In this document: one piece after another, positions 26,824 to 38,798 of the stretch
How positions within the stretch are numbered: the stretch's first letter is position 1
Layout: each line of letters begins with the position of its first letter
From: Lingula anatina
Lineage: Eukaryota > Animalia > Brachiopoda
Length of the DNA stretch: 64,000 nucleotides
Reading direction: 5' to 3'
NCBI GenBank assembly: GCA_051362555.1
Contig: CM120647.1
Coordinates: 10,888,651-10,952,650 of the forward strand
Notes under the pieces: generated by a model
Database searches by the model: none
Told to the model about the DNA's origin: nothing
What the model saw: only the letters and a program-made list of their open reading frames with translations
Program-made: the position numbers and the translations under genes

Positions 26824-29540
26824 TTAGTTCGCTTCCCAAGCTGTTAACCCAGCTGTACCACATTGTCATTCTTGATATTAACCTCGTGTTAGTTGATACA
26901 CTTACTACTCACGGAGCTCTCTTTACTCTTGCGTTAAGACGTAGTTTGTCCGGTGAAGCAATTAGGGTAAATAAAGCTGTATCATAAGTGACACGGGTCG
27001 AGAAGTGATTTACCTAGATACACACAGTTTAAAATTAGCACGGCTGCCTGGAAGTTAATCAAGAGGGTTAGAGATATTGGAACTTGAAACCTAAGGGTTT
27101 GTTTATTTGGTAAACATGTTCAATTAGTTGATGGCTACGTACATTAGGATACAGTTATCAAATATTAGAATAAACAGTTAATCAAGTAAAAGTAAAAACA
27201 ATACACAAACAGTAATAAAATATAAATAAGGGTGAAACCTAACGCCCCCTGCAACTACAGAGACGATCAGATATAATAAGCAGTATTATCGGCCTCCTAT
27301 GTTTGCACCACAAAATTTCACTACGACACGGTTCCGCGATTTGAATAGTTTTTACAGAAGCATAAATGTCGGGCAATGAGTTAAACACACACGCACTCGT
27401 ACGTATCAAATCATACAGGAAGGGTGAAAATATCATCCCATGGAAATTATTTTTGACCGTGAAATCTAAATAAGTGCACATAATTGCGCAGCATATATAA
27501 AATTAACAAAGGAAATGCAAGGGATCGATCTCGCGCCAAACATGGTAATATTCAATTATAAATGTAACTTCGTTGTCAGGCGTAATTCCCTTAACTAAAC
27601 TCTTCAACTGCATTACATAACACGGCCCTCCTCTCAAAGTGAACATAATTGACCGACTGGCCATAGAAAACCAATTAAGGCCAGCACGCGTCGAGATTTG
27701 ATAAAACATCATCTACAACTACATGAGAATTAAGGTAGATTATTGAGGACCGTCGATAATGATGAAGAATCGATATCAATCAGGTCGCACTACATTTGGC
27801 AGATCGGGAGAGAATGAGCGAGGGGAAGGGGTGGTGGAAGAAGCTTTTGCCACACCTTTTCTAGCTTCTCTACTAGTAGTTAATACGTTCATAAATTTTT
27901 GTGCACCAATTCTTCCTGTAGTAACCCATAGTAGGGTGGGGTTTATTTTTAAACGTGTGACGTAAATAAAATAATGATAATTATTATTATTATTACTATT
28001 ATTATTATATAGTTGACTTGTCTTTCTCGTGTTACAGTTTAGGTTTTAACTATATAGTAAACCCAGGGTGAAGAAATATTAGAAATCTACCAATTTCCAA
28101 GGGAGTAACCTCTCCCTGTGAGTTCCTGAGAGAGGCCGCGCCTGTAGTCTTAATGGGAGGAGTGATCCAACGAATCCAATCATGTTCAATTTTCTACTAA
28201 ACTTGCATCGGGGCCAATCAAATTAGAAATATCCACAGTTAGATGTATCAGATTTCTCCACAATGTCCTCTAACAAGACAAAAGTCTGGTGCAGGTGATC
28301 CGAGAGGTAAGGACACTCCGCGCACGCACACAGTTGCAGATAAGGCATTAACAGATGACCTTCAGGGTGATAATGGCGGATCCCCCCCCCCCCACCCACC
28401 CACACACACACACACCCTTTTTGATACTCTGGGACTGGTCACAAAATCGTTCACGTTTTTATCAGATTTCGACATCCTATTTAGCATGTTGCCCTGGCAA
28501 CATCTGAATCTTTAACATATTGTCACATCTATGCAGTTAATTTATTGTCGAGCTTTATTTCGCTTCGCTTCTGAATTTAGGCAATGAGTTAAAACGGGAC
28601 GCATTAAAAAGCGATGTATTTAAGTATTGAAGGAAATTTATGGCAACGTTTAAAGTAATTTATTGTTAGCTGGGAGTAACACAGGTGGCAGTTTAGCAGG
28701 GAAGTTTAACTTCTTTGAGTCCCGAATTTTCGTTGTTAAAACCACCTACACTGTGGACTTCGGGTAATCTTGCTTCCTGGGTGGAGTTCGGTAAATTCGT
28801 CTCCGCGGTGGACTTTGGCGATGCTTTTCTACACGGTAAATACGCACACAGCCTGGTGACGCTTTAATTTAACGTGGAAGTTATATATCTGTTCAGAGAA
28901 AGAACAGAGCTAGACTTCATTACATAACCGCTGTTCAGATGACATAATGGACATAATGCTTCTCAAGCCTCTTCAGGTGAAACGGAGATCTGGGAAGATT
29001 GACCTTGATTAAATAGCGCGGACACATCTGTATTCAAAGACACGTAATAGAAAACGAGTTTGACTGCTACGTTATACTGTTGTTCTGAAAGGACCGCCCG
29101 CTGTCATGATTCATCCAGTTTAATACCAGGCAGGACGCTCTGCACTTCTGTGTGAAGGGACCATACAATATCGATGATCCACGCGGGGACAAACAGCTCT
29201 TTGGACTATTTTTAAGTACTTAAAAGTGCTTTTTAGAGAGTAACATTGAAGTATTCTCATCCATTAAGCATAAGAAGGGAGTTGACCCTCATCTTTATTG
29301 TATTGAAACTTTACGTTGGTGTATATACTTCTACCTGGACTTGGATAACCACAGGTGCTTACACATATCAGGATTTTTGCCCCTTACAGGAATTGCGCAG
29401 TATTGTATTTTAAGTTGGCTCACTGTCATCAACACGCACATTCCCACTGTCGAGTGGGGCGCTTGACTTGTCAACTTTTGCCGCCTACTTAACGTGGTCC
29501 TTTAAGGGAGAAAATAACGTAGGATTATCACAGGGGTGAC

Positions 29541-30374
29541 ATGTATTTGGGCCGCTGCGAGGCGTTTGTTTTGGCGTTAGTTACAATCAGTCAGTTGTTC
29601 CTACGCGATGGCGTGACGGCAAGTCTGGAGACCACGCTTCTCGAGACCTCCACCTCTGTCCCGGGACGTGTCGTATTAGAAGACATTATTTCCAAACATC
29701 AGCCAAACGCCACCGCCACGAACTCATCGAGGTCGTCTCCACCCTACGGCATCGTGTCAGGAAAATCGGGAAACATAACGACACCTGTGTTTTGCCTGGA
29801 GTGTTTAACGTGTCACTCGGGGGTGGGCAAACACAGCCGGTGCACCGCAGATGGAGAAGCCCCGTTATTGCAGCCGGAACAAGGGCTGACGGTGATACCG
29901 TTTCTGGCCGTGGCTGCTTTCTTCGTGGCCTTCATCTTGAAATGCGCGGACTGGGTTCGCGAGGATGTGTATTACACGGATTTTGAAGAAGAAAACGAGT
30001 ATCAGACCACGGTGGCTCACGGGTTGTACAGCATCAAGCCAGACTTGTCTAGCATGGTTGCCTGGGTGAAACAATGGGCGCCGAGCAAACCGCCGGATGA
30101 CAGCACTATTGGGAAGGAAACCATGGAAACGCAACCTAGCGACGAGAATGGGAATCAGACTCCGTTTAAACAAGGTGGCAGGGAACAACCGGAGGCGGAA
30201 GTGCAACTGTTGTCGTCTGCTCGAGAAAAATTTAAAAAACCTGTAGGGGTTACTTTTTGTCACGTTGCTGAAATCAATTTTGACTTCTCGCCTGGATACA
30301 GAGAGAAAATTCTGACGCAGGAGACGCCGTCAACCGACATCGACCTTACTGTTGTCCCAAAAACCACAAGTTGA
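29541..30374 (+). CDS. Uncharacterised type I single-pass membrane protein, paralog B (277 aa, intronless ORF)
   Basis: Signal-peptide-like MYLGRCEAFVLALVTISQLFLRDGVTA, Ser/Thr-rich ectodomain with N-glycosylation sequons (NAT, NSS, NIT), four Cys, TM LTVIPFLAVAAFFVAFIL, then LKCADWVREDVY...VAHGLY as in paralog A. Confidence 0.85.
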   Translation: MYLGRCEAFVLALVTISQLFLRDGVTASLETTLLETSTSVPGRVVLEDIISKHQPNATATNSSRSSPPYGIVSGKSGNITTPVFCLECLTCHSGVGKHSRCTADGEAPLLQPEQGLTVIPFLAVAAFFVAFILKCADWVREDVYYTDFEEENEYQTTVAHGLYSIKPDLSSMVAWVKQWAPSKPPDDSTIGKETMETQPSDENGNQTPFKQGGREQPEAEVQLLSSAREKFKKPVGVTFCHVAEINFDFSPGYREKILTQETPSTDIDLTVVPKTTS

Positions 30375-30593
30375 CAGGCATTAACCTATTACCTGGACAC
30401 GTTGACTGAACTATCTCAATACGTGGGTGACATTGCACGTGGATGATACACCGCATAATGGATGCAAACCCGCTGTAAGGCCACGCAGACTTCAGCTTCA
30501 GGCACAACAAGAACGGCACTGTTTAGACTGTAACGTTTAATATGTTGCCGTCGGCTGAAATGGAATGTTTTCAGCCAAACATGTAGGCCTATA

Positions 30594-30828
30594 TTTACCT
30601 CCGCCAAGGAGGTTATGTTTTCACCCCTCTTAGTCTGTCTGTTTGTTTGTCATCAACATAAACTCAAAAAATTATGGACCGATTGTGATGAAATTTTCAG
30701 GAACTGTCAGAAGTGGGCCAAGGAAGAGATGATTAGTTTTTGGTGGTGATCCGGATCAATAATCAATCAATAATAAACTAAAATCGCTGCCTTGGCAGAG
30801 GTCTGCGCTCTCGGAGTGGTTTTCTAGT
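30594..30828 (+). mobile_element. Non-autonomous Helentron-associated (HINE/DINE-1-type) element
   Basis: 5' subterminal acctccgccaagg (30597-30609) with inverted copy ccttggcagaggt (30790-30802), internal GTCT/GTTT microsatellite, short 3' stem-loop and terminal ctagt. Confidence 0.65.
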
Positions 30829-31586
30829 ATGACATATAACGGACCGCGGATTTAAACAACCGGGTAGGCTTGTGTGCTGGTTAGGCCAATGTTGAACTCC
30901 ATCGCCATGGACAGGCGAAAGAAGAGTACTGGACGCGTTTATGCCCCGCATTCAACCCGCGAAAGAGCGGGTGTATTAGGATATGGCTTATTAGACGTGA
31001 ATAAATATTCCTTTCTGCTTATAAAACAATGCTACTTAACTACTGATATAAGGACTTTCCCAGGCTTCGGCTGTGTGTGAACGGTTTTAAGATTTCTGAC
31101 AAAACGAACAAGGTTCTCATATTCTATAGCTAAAACTAGTTAAATTTATTACATATTTTCATATGAAAGTAAATGCTTTTTTCACAGAAAAAAACAAACA
31201 AACAAAAAAGCTTTTGCAAAGTCAGACAAGCAGTGACATCACTGTGTCAGACTATTCAGCATTGTGCTTTTTTGGCTGATCACCAGAAGGCTAAGATATT
31301 GACTGTATTTTCATTAGGTCAGTGATCAGTAATAAAACTTAATGTCTTTTAGTTATCGTCTTTAAATTACTTTCTAAAATCTTCTAAAATGTATTAGTTG
31401 TAAGTTTATACACCATGGACATCCCTAAGGTGGTTAAAAAAAAATACTGCAAATATACTGGACTCTTTGTCCTATATATTCCACCATTTTCACCATATGT
31501 CTTTAACAACCATATTTCAACCATATTTCCCACGACAATGGCAATCCTGCCCCTGTCACGAAGGACGTCATATCATTGTTGTTGTG

Positions 31587-31788
31587 GAGCACAATAGGTC
31601 ACTCCTTGGCACAATAAGTGACTCCTTGGCACAAGAGGTCACTCCAAGTCACAATAGGTCACTCCTTAGCACAAGAGGTCACTCCAAGTCACAATAGGTT
31701 ACTACTTGGCACAAAAAGTCACTCCTTGGCACAATAGGTCACACCAGTGCACAATGGGTCACACCAGGGCACAATAGGTCACACCAGG
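31587..31788. repeat. 20-bp minisatellite (gcacaataggtcactccttg), about 10 copies
   Basis: Direct reading; downstream of the HDDC2 stop, probably in its 3' UTR. Confidence 0.9.
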
Positions 31789-31946
31789 AAGAGACACCAG
31801 TTCAGTATTCCTTCAGTATGTTATGTCCAGTGGTGTGACATGTGACCAGATGTTGTGTCATATTATCTGTGGAGTCTTTGTTTTAAGTAGGTCTATCATT
31901 TATGGGGTCTGTTCAAAGAATGTTCTGAGTTGTGACATTATAAATG

Positions 31947-34900
31947 CTATGTCTTATCATCTGTAGGGTCTTTGTTTCTCATTTTTTCCAGTTCCTGTAC
32001 CCACTGTTGTATCGTCTGGTGTTTGAATTTGCCTGGAAATTGTAAATAAAATATACTAATCTAGCAAAAAGTGACAAAATACATTTCAAAACTTTGACAG
32101 TCTGTACTAGCTCTAATCTCAAGTATTGACTTGTTTCTAGCATTTAAATCACACATTTCCCAGGCAGAGCAGTATGCAAGGTTCCCTGAGGTATAAAACA
32201 GAAACACATTATCAGGACACGTGACTCTTCAATGGAATGACTGCCACAGTTTTAAAATCAAGAGAAAAAAACGCCATTCAAGGAGGTCTGTGACTCAAAG
32301 CCGGAACCTCTACTGCATGGATGTATGCCATTCTCAAATAACCACCGGTAGAGTGTACCTGATGGAATATGAACTTAGTGTTCATTTTATTTCTTGTTCT
32401 TGTGTCATCTGATGTCATCTATATGCAGCTCCCTGTCTTCTGCACTATGTTCTGCAGACAGCCAAATAGCCTTGACCTCATAGCAGGGCTTTTCCCAGGA
32501 TTGGGGGTACAAGCTGTCCAAAATTACCACCTGTAATTTCCTACAAAATGTTAGGGAGTCCAAGTATGCCAAAAGTTGTCATATTTCCAAAAAAATCCAT
32601 AAGCTGTCCAGCAGTCTTTGAAAACATAGGTTGTCCGACGATGCTGGCAGCTGTCCAAAACTCTGGGAAAGCCCTTGCCTCATAGCCAAAGAATGAAAAT
32701 TTTAACTTGCAACTACCTGACAACCAATCAGATTTGGTGTACCAAAACTCACTTGGACAGAACCCAAAATACCACTTCCAGTATGTTCTTACCTTTAGTG
32801 GAGTCAAAGAAATCCTGCAACTCTCCAGGCCTGCTTTGTTCTCTCTCATATTCATACGCCTGCAGAATCATCTCAAATCTGTCTATGTCCTTGACATAAA
32901 CTGCTTCCTTGGATGTCTGCTGCTCATACTCCTGAGGAAAAATTGCGATAGGTGAGATATGCTGTCTTAATAAACACAATAACAGTCATGATTCCCTTTT
33001 CAATGGAAGAAATGGTGAAATATAAGGGTAATGTCTTTTTTGAGGTCATAAATTCTCAAAATTGGAACATAACTACTGAGTGGTAGAATGAAACTGAAAA
33101 GCAAGTTACCCTATCATTCTTTTTTCAACAGTAAATGCACCACAAATGCTATATAAGAATATAAATTTTATGATATCCAAATTATGTACCAATAATTATA
33201 ATAATAATTCCCATTGTAAAGATCTAGTAATTACCATACAATAACAAAATTAATATATCTGCAGCAATCATTTATTGTTTCTACATTTTTGCCTTTGAGT
33301 AACTGTGTTTTGCAACATGCTTTTGGTGTACAGCTACCTGTGTTTACTTTGCCATTAAATAAAATAACTGGTCAAGCTATCTCCGTGTTAAGGTTTGGTA
33401 CCATTATGGCACTGCACTAGTATCTGAGTCTGCTTAACCATCCACAGGGCAAAGACCTCTGTGCCTTACCATCCATAGGTCAATGACCTCTGTGCCTTAC
33501 CATCCACAGGTCAATGACCTCTGTTCCTATATCCCCTGGCAGTAAACTTGTGATGTGATTCATTGCATCCTGTAAATAACATAACTGACTTCACTTGTGA
33601 TTTGAGTCAGGCATGTTTTCTAAAATTTAAAACCTGACATTTCATAGGGTGATGTTATTTCTTTGAAATTCCAAATTATTCTTAATTAATTGTCAAAAAC
33701 AAAATATGATAAATTTACTTAATTGTTTTAACAGAAAAAGAAATAGGTAGATGCTGAACCAACACTGAGGACCTTATGACAACTTATTAGTTAACTGGTT
33801 TAAACCATTTGACGATATTTATATCCAAAACAGTAGGCCTGCTCTCCAACCTTTTCTTTTCTGTGTTTCTCCTCTTTGCTGATGCCGCATGCTGGAGTGA
33901 TGTCTCCCACCAGACTCTCTGCCATGTCATGAACCAGGGCCAGCTTTAAACATCTGAATTACAATACAATACAATACAATGTGATACAATGTGATACAGT
34001 ACAGTACAGTACAGTACAGTACAGTACAGTACAGTACAGTACAATACAATACAATACAATAAAATACAATATGATACTGCTGGAGTGATGTCTCCCACCA
34101 GACTCTCTGCCATGTCATGAACCAGGGCCAGCTTTAAACACCTACAATACAATACAATACAATGTGATACAATACAATACAATACAATACAGTATGATAC
34201 AATACAATACAATACAGTATGATACAATACAATACAATACAATACAATACAATACAATACAATACAATACAATACACAATGCAATGCAATACCATACTGT
34301 ATACTAATGTAATGCAATGCAATGCGATGTAAAGTAATGTAATGCAATGTCATACTGTGTGATGTTCAAAATTAACATTTTGCAGCATGTGGTTAAAATT
34401 AATCTCACAACACCACTCCCAAACATATTATATTAATTCCATGTGTGATGGACTACACAGCAAGGAAGAGTCACTTTGTATACACCCTGTAATAGCAGAA
34501 GAAATAGTTTGTATATGACCCCTTTAAGAAGAAAAATAGTTCGTATATAACCTCTATTAGAAGAAAGAATACTTTGTATAACCAACTAGATTTGGTGTGG
34601 TTATGGAATTTTATTAATATAAGCTGAGCAAATAAACAGCGTGTATAGCAGGCCCGTAGCCAGGGGGGGGGTTCGGGGGGGGGGGGGGGGGTTCGAAAGA
34701 ACCGCCCCTTATGCTGGGAAAAGGTCCACTCTGGGTAAAATTTGATCTAGGTACATGATGTTTTTATGGAAAAAGGTCCACTTTTTCAGAAAATGAACCC
34801 CCCTTTTGAAATTGCTGGCTACGGGCCTGTATAGTATCATGGCTGGAGCTCAACTGAACTAGAAGTCCAGTGCCACTTCTGAGGTGATGGGTGGTCCCCC

Positions 34901-36293
34901 TCACTCTTATTGGTCAGTTCAGTATAATTTTATGCTTCTATTTGAACATTTTATCTTTAGATTGGATCACTTAATTATTCCCAAGTTAACAATATCTAAT
35001 ATGCATGATTTCAGATTTAACAGATTACAATTTGAATCAATGAAATGTTCAGCATCCCGTCTTCATTGTAGCTTATAATCTTCAGACGGGATCAGTTAAT
35101 TATCCCAAGCTAAAAAAATTCTTCAGTAGATATGCAAATTTATTTATCCAATTATGAATATTTAATTTCTTCTTTCAAAAACTATTGAGGTTTGTAAAAT
35201 CATCTCTGTTATATTTGTATATGCCCTGTATCAGAAGGCCAAGTCAGTACACACACTGTATTAGAAGAAGGCCAAGTCATTATACACCTTGTATTAGAAG
35301 GGAGAATTTTCATACACCTTATTAGAACTTGGAAGTTGAATGTTCTCTGTATTGGTTGGAAAAAAGAAGAGTCAGTATACATACTGTATTAGAAGAAGGA
35401 AGAGGTTCTTAAATGCCCTGTATTAGAAGCCAGAGAATACCTGTACAGTACAAACTGTTATAGAAGAAGAGAAGTTTTTGTACATCCTGTATTAGCAGGA
35501 TTACATAGCTTCCATACACCCTGTATTAGAAAGAAAACAGTTTTTATTCACCCTGTATTAGAAGGAAGAAAGAATTAAGCACCCTATATTAGAGAAAGAC
35601 AGTGTTTCTCTACACCCTGTAATAATAAAGCCATATACCTGTCTCTGTTAATGCCGTCATTGTCTCCCAGTGCCAGTGTCATGACTGCCATTCTGTACAT
35701 GTGGTCAGACACACTCTCCGGCTGCGCCACATGTCTCTGAACCCACCCAGCTCGGACTGTGCGCTGTAACAAGGTATCATGATGTAACCATTAATGTACA
35801 ATGTAGCTTTTAAATGGGATACGGTATATATGGACTGACTGTGCTTTTAATTTTAATATGAAATAATTCAAGAGGAACAGGAAAGTGCATCAAAACTGGT
35901 TTAAATGTGCTTATTTAACAATATAGCTTACTTCTTGGTATAGATATTTATGATAATGAACACTACGCAACTTTCCTTGGTCTGTCCATTCACTTAACCC
36001 CCCCCCCCCCACCCAAGCCTGGGTCTGCTTATTCACCTACCCCCTTTTGGGAGAAACATGGTTTTACCAATGCGCTCCTCCGACACCACTTTGCCATATT
36101 GCTGTGTTTTTAGTAAAACGTTAGATGCGTGGTGTAAACTTGTACTGCCAGTAAACTTGAATGTAAAGGCTAAGTGGTCAAAGACCAAAACGGTGTATGT
36201 TCACACGTTATTAACGAAAATGTTGATCGTGATTACCTTCAATCGCCCCACCACCATGAAAAACTCAAGAAGTCCTGAGACTTTCCCTGCCAT
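31947..36293 (-). CDS. HDDC2: HD domain-containing protein 2 (5'-deoxynucleotidase), 6 exons, about 192 aa
   Basis: Exons 36293-36237 ([19 protein letters not shown]), 35763-35639 (RTVRAGWV...[11 protein letters not shown]), 33953-33851 ([20 protein letters not shown]), 33569-33501, 32931-32793 ([17 protein letters not shown]) and 32032-31947 (GKFKHQ...*). GT-AG introns, in phase, 579 nt. Confidence 0.95.
32484..32677. mobile_element. hAT-type MITE in HDDC2 intron 5
   Basis: TIRs cagggcttttcccag / ctgggaaagcccttg with a perfect 8-bp TSD cctcatag (32476-32483 and 32678-32685). Confidence 0.85.
33431..33522. repeat. 31-bp tandem repeat (3 copies) spanning the HDDC2 exon 4 donor
   Basis: Unit gtgccttaccatccacaggtcaatgacctct contains the exon end and the GTAAGG donor. 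Confidence 0.9.
33958..34350. repeat. (ATACA)n/(GTACA)n pentanucleotide microsatellite containing a duplicated partial HDDC2 exon 3
   Basis: Direct reading; 34078-34140 is identical to the first part of exon 3 (33890-33952). Confidence 0.92.
34649..34829. mobile_element. MITE with 15-bp TIR CAGGCCCGTAGCCAG and 5-bp TSD (copy 1)
   Basis: Perfect TIRs; TSD tatag at 34644-34648 and 34830-34834; near-identical to 46440-46626. Confidence 0.9.
35220..35625. repeat. Degenerate minisatellite (ccctgtattagaag core) in HDDC2 intron 2
   Basis: About 10 diverged units of roughly 30-40 bp; related units also at 34480-34580. Confidence 0.8.
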
Positions 36294-36516
36294 AATGAAA
36301 ATATACTTGACTCAGAATGGTCTTTAACTGTAAACAACACTGGTTTGCACGTGTGACTCCTTCCAAGACTGACTTCCTTTCCGTTAGTAAGCCGCAATTT
36401 AATTGGCTGAAGCTACCAACTTGACAACAAAACGTAATCATGAATCTCGATTTACAACCATGTAATATTTAAGCTCGTATCGAAAGCGAGGCTTCCCCAA
36501 GGAGAGTTAACGAAAA
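36294..36516. promoter_or_regulatory. Bidirectional promoter for HDDC2 and MRPS28
   Basis: Divergent ATGs only 223 bp apart. Contains E-box cacgtg 36348-36353, an ETS-like acttcc and attgg (reverse CCAAT) at 36402; a YY1-like aaaatggc overlaps the MRPS28 start. Confidence 0.8.
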
Positions 36517-38798
36517 ATGGCTGCGACCATGATGCTGAAACATGTCAGATTTTTCAGACGGATTTATCCCAACTTTTGCAGTATTTCTCGCGCTTATGCA
36601 TCTGAGACGAGTATACCACAACCCACAGCATCTACAGAAATAGACAGCTCGCCTGATTCCAAAGATCAAGAAATAACTGATACAAAACCTACGGAAAATA
36701 TATTTGCTGACAACGAGAACACGTTCTACTCCCTTCTGCGCCGCTCCAAATGGATGCAGCTCGGAGATCCAATGGGCAAGGAGGTAGTGGGCACGATAAA
36801 GCAAATCCAAGGGAATGATATCTACATAGATATAGGACACAAATTCTATTGCATATGCGAAAAACCAAGGATCGAAGGAAGCTACTGGTATGCAGTTTAT
36901 GGCTGTGTTCAGAATAGAAGTTATCGTACAGGCGGGGTCGATCTTTCTCAGTAGAGATTTTCACTAAGGCATTGTCAGTGCAATCAGCTTAATTGTCTAG
37001 CAGGCCCCCTCGTAACTTGAAGTACTTGGGTAAAGTCGGGAAAACTGAGTGGTCCATGATGTAGGCCATATTACTGTGCTGGGAAGGGGGGGGGGGTACG
37101 TGCCAGACAGTGAAGCTGATTACATTGACTGCACCTTAGCAAGAATCTTGACTGAGATAGGTCAATCCTGCTGATACTATAACTTTAATTGTGAACACAG
37201 CCTATATATATACAATTAATATTCATGTGCCTTAGGGACCATTCAGAACTAGATGTAAGTGGTAACTGATCCACGGCCTAAATGTGGTGGACCTACATAA
37301 AAAAGGAAGACAGCTTAATCCTGTAATGGTCTCTCCACCTCTGACACACCTCTCCACACATCTGGTCAAATGGAGCGGAGATTTAAATACTGTGCCCCTT
37401 CAGGGACGATGCGTGTGGAGGCATGTAAGTGGTGGAGAGACCATTACAGGTTTAGCAGTCTTCCTTTCATGTCTGCCATATTTAGGCTGTGGACCAGTTA
37501 GCACTCATTCTGAATGATCCCTTACATGTATAGTTCAGTCTCCAGTGGAGGGGGGTGGGGGGTGGGGGGGTGGGTGTATTTCTCCATGACAGTTTTCTTA
37601 GTTTATTTTGATTAGATGAGATTTAATTGATGAAAGATTTGATTATTTATACCCAGTATATTATCAGGCAGTCACATAGTGAGCCCTTTTTTCTATAAGC
37701 TTGGTACATGGTAATGAGCCTCTTTGATAAGAGGCATGTTCCTATTAGTAAGCTAAAATGTGGAAGACCTTAATTACCACTATAGTGTGAATCGATGCAA
37801 TGTTTATTTTAACATAGTAATAACAAACTGATAGATTTATTGTGTATTTTTCAGGCACTACAGAATCGGAAGTAAAGTCAGAGTAAGATTAGAAGATTTA
37901 GAATTAGCTGCAAAATTTAAGGTAGATAGCCATTTACTTTCTTCCTTGACCTCTTTATCCCATCAGGGCCATAAGATAAGGGTGCATACATGTCCTAAGT
38001 AATTTTTGTAAAGATCTGTAACTTTATGAATTAGATTGGCTGTACACAGTTGTATCTCCACTTCCGATTGGCTATAAATGTGATACAAGACAATTGTATT
38101 TCCACTTCCAATTGGTTATAAATGTGATATAAGATAATTGTATCCTTCTTCAGATTGGCTATAAATGTGATATAAGATATTTGTATCTCCACTTCGGATT
38201 GGCTCTAAAATTTTTGTTTCCACTTCAGATTGGCTAAAAATGTGGTCTGAAACATTTGTATCTTCACTTGAGATTGGCTCTAAACAATTGTATCTTCATT
38301 TGAGATTGGCTAAAAATGTGATATGAAACATTTGTATCTCCACTTCAGATGGGCTACAAATCTGTGACGGCGTTGGAGGCCAGTGGAGTGCTGATGGGGC
38401 CACTGGGAGGGAAGGATATTGAGGAGCAGCTGGCCAACCCCTTGGGGACCTTGGACCCGGACATCCTGCAGGGTTTGGACTTGTTTGAAGTTTCTGAAGA
38501 GTCAGAAGACGTTGACCAGGAGATGGTGGATCAGGCATTGGAAGACTGGGGCAGAAGTGACAGGGACAAAGATGACTCAGTCAAAATTGACTTGGACGAA
38601 AGTGACTTGGACGAAGATGACTTGGACAGAGATGACTTAGACAAAAATGACTTGGACAGTGATGAATGGGACAAAGGCTTGGACAAAGTTGACTTGGACA
38701 TAGATGGCTGGGACAGTGATGAATGGGACAAAGGCTTGGACAAAGATGACTCAGTTGATGTAGGCAGTGATGGAGAACCAGACGCACCCAAAAGTTAG
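36517..38798 (+). CDS. MRPS28: Mitochondrial 28S ribosomal protein S28 (bS1m) with long acidic C-terminal extension, 3 exons, about 295 aa
   Basis: Exons 36517-36887 (Arg-rich presequence; TFYSLLRRSKWMQLGDP...DIYIDIGHKFYCIC), 37855-37921 (YRIGSKVRVRLEDLELAAKF) and 38349-38798 (TALEASGVLMG plus Asp-rich tail). In phase, 888 nt. Confidence 0.93.
36901..37202. mobile_element. MITE with about 90-bp imperfect TIRs in MRPS28 intron 1
   Basis: ggctgtgttca...aagttatcgtac...caatcagctt is inverted against aagctgatt...actataactt...tgaacacagcc; flanked by tat on both sides. Confidence 0.7.
38030..38368. repeat. About 30-40-bp minisatellite whose last unit is the MRPS28 exon 3 acceptor junction
   Basis: Units ttgtatctccacttc(a/c/g)gattggctataaatgtgat against the real junction ttgtatctccacttcag|atgggctacaaatctgtga. 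Confidence 0.9.

Noticed and set aside
31587-31788. Regular 20-bp repeats as a CRISPR array
   Set aside because: Units are contiguous with no unique spacers, the context is eukaryotic and there are no cas genes; it is a minisatellite.
33927-34353. Cys/Tyr-rich ORFs (YCIVL repeats)
   Set aside because: Translations of the pentanucleotide microsatellite.
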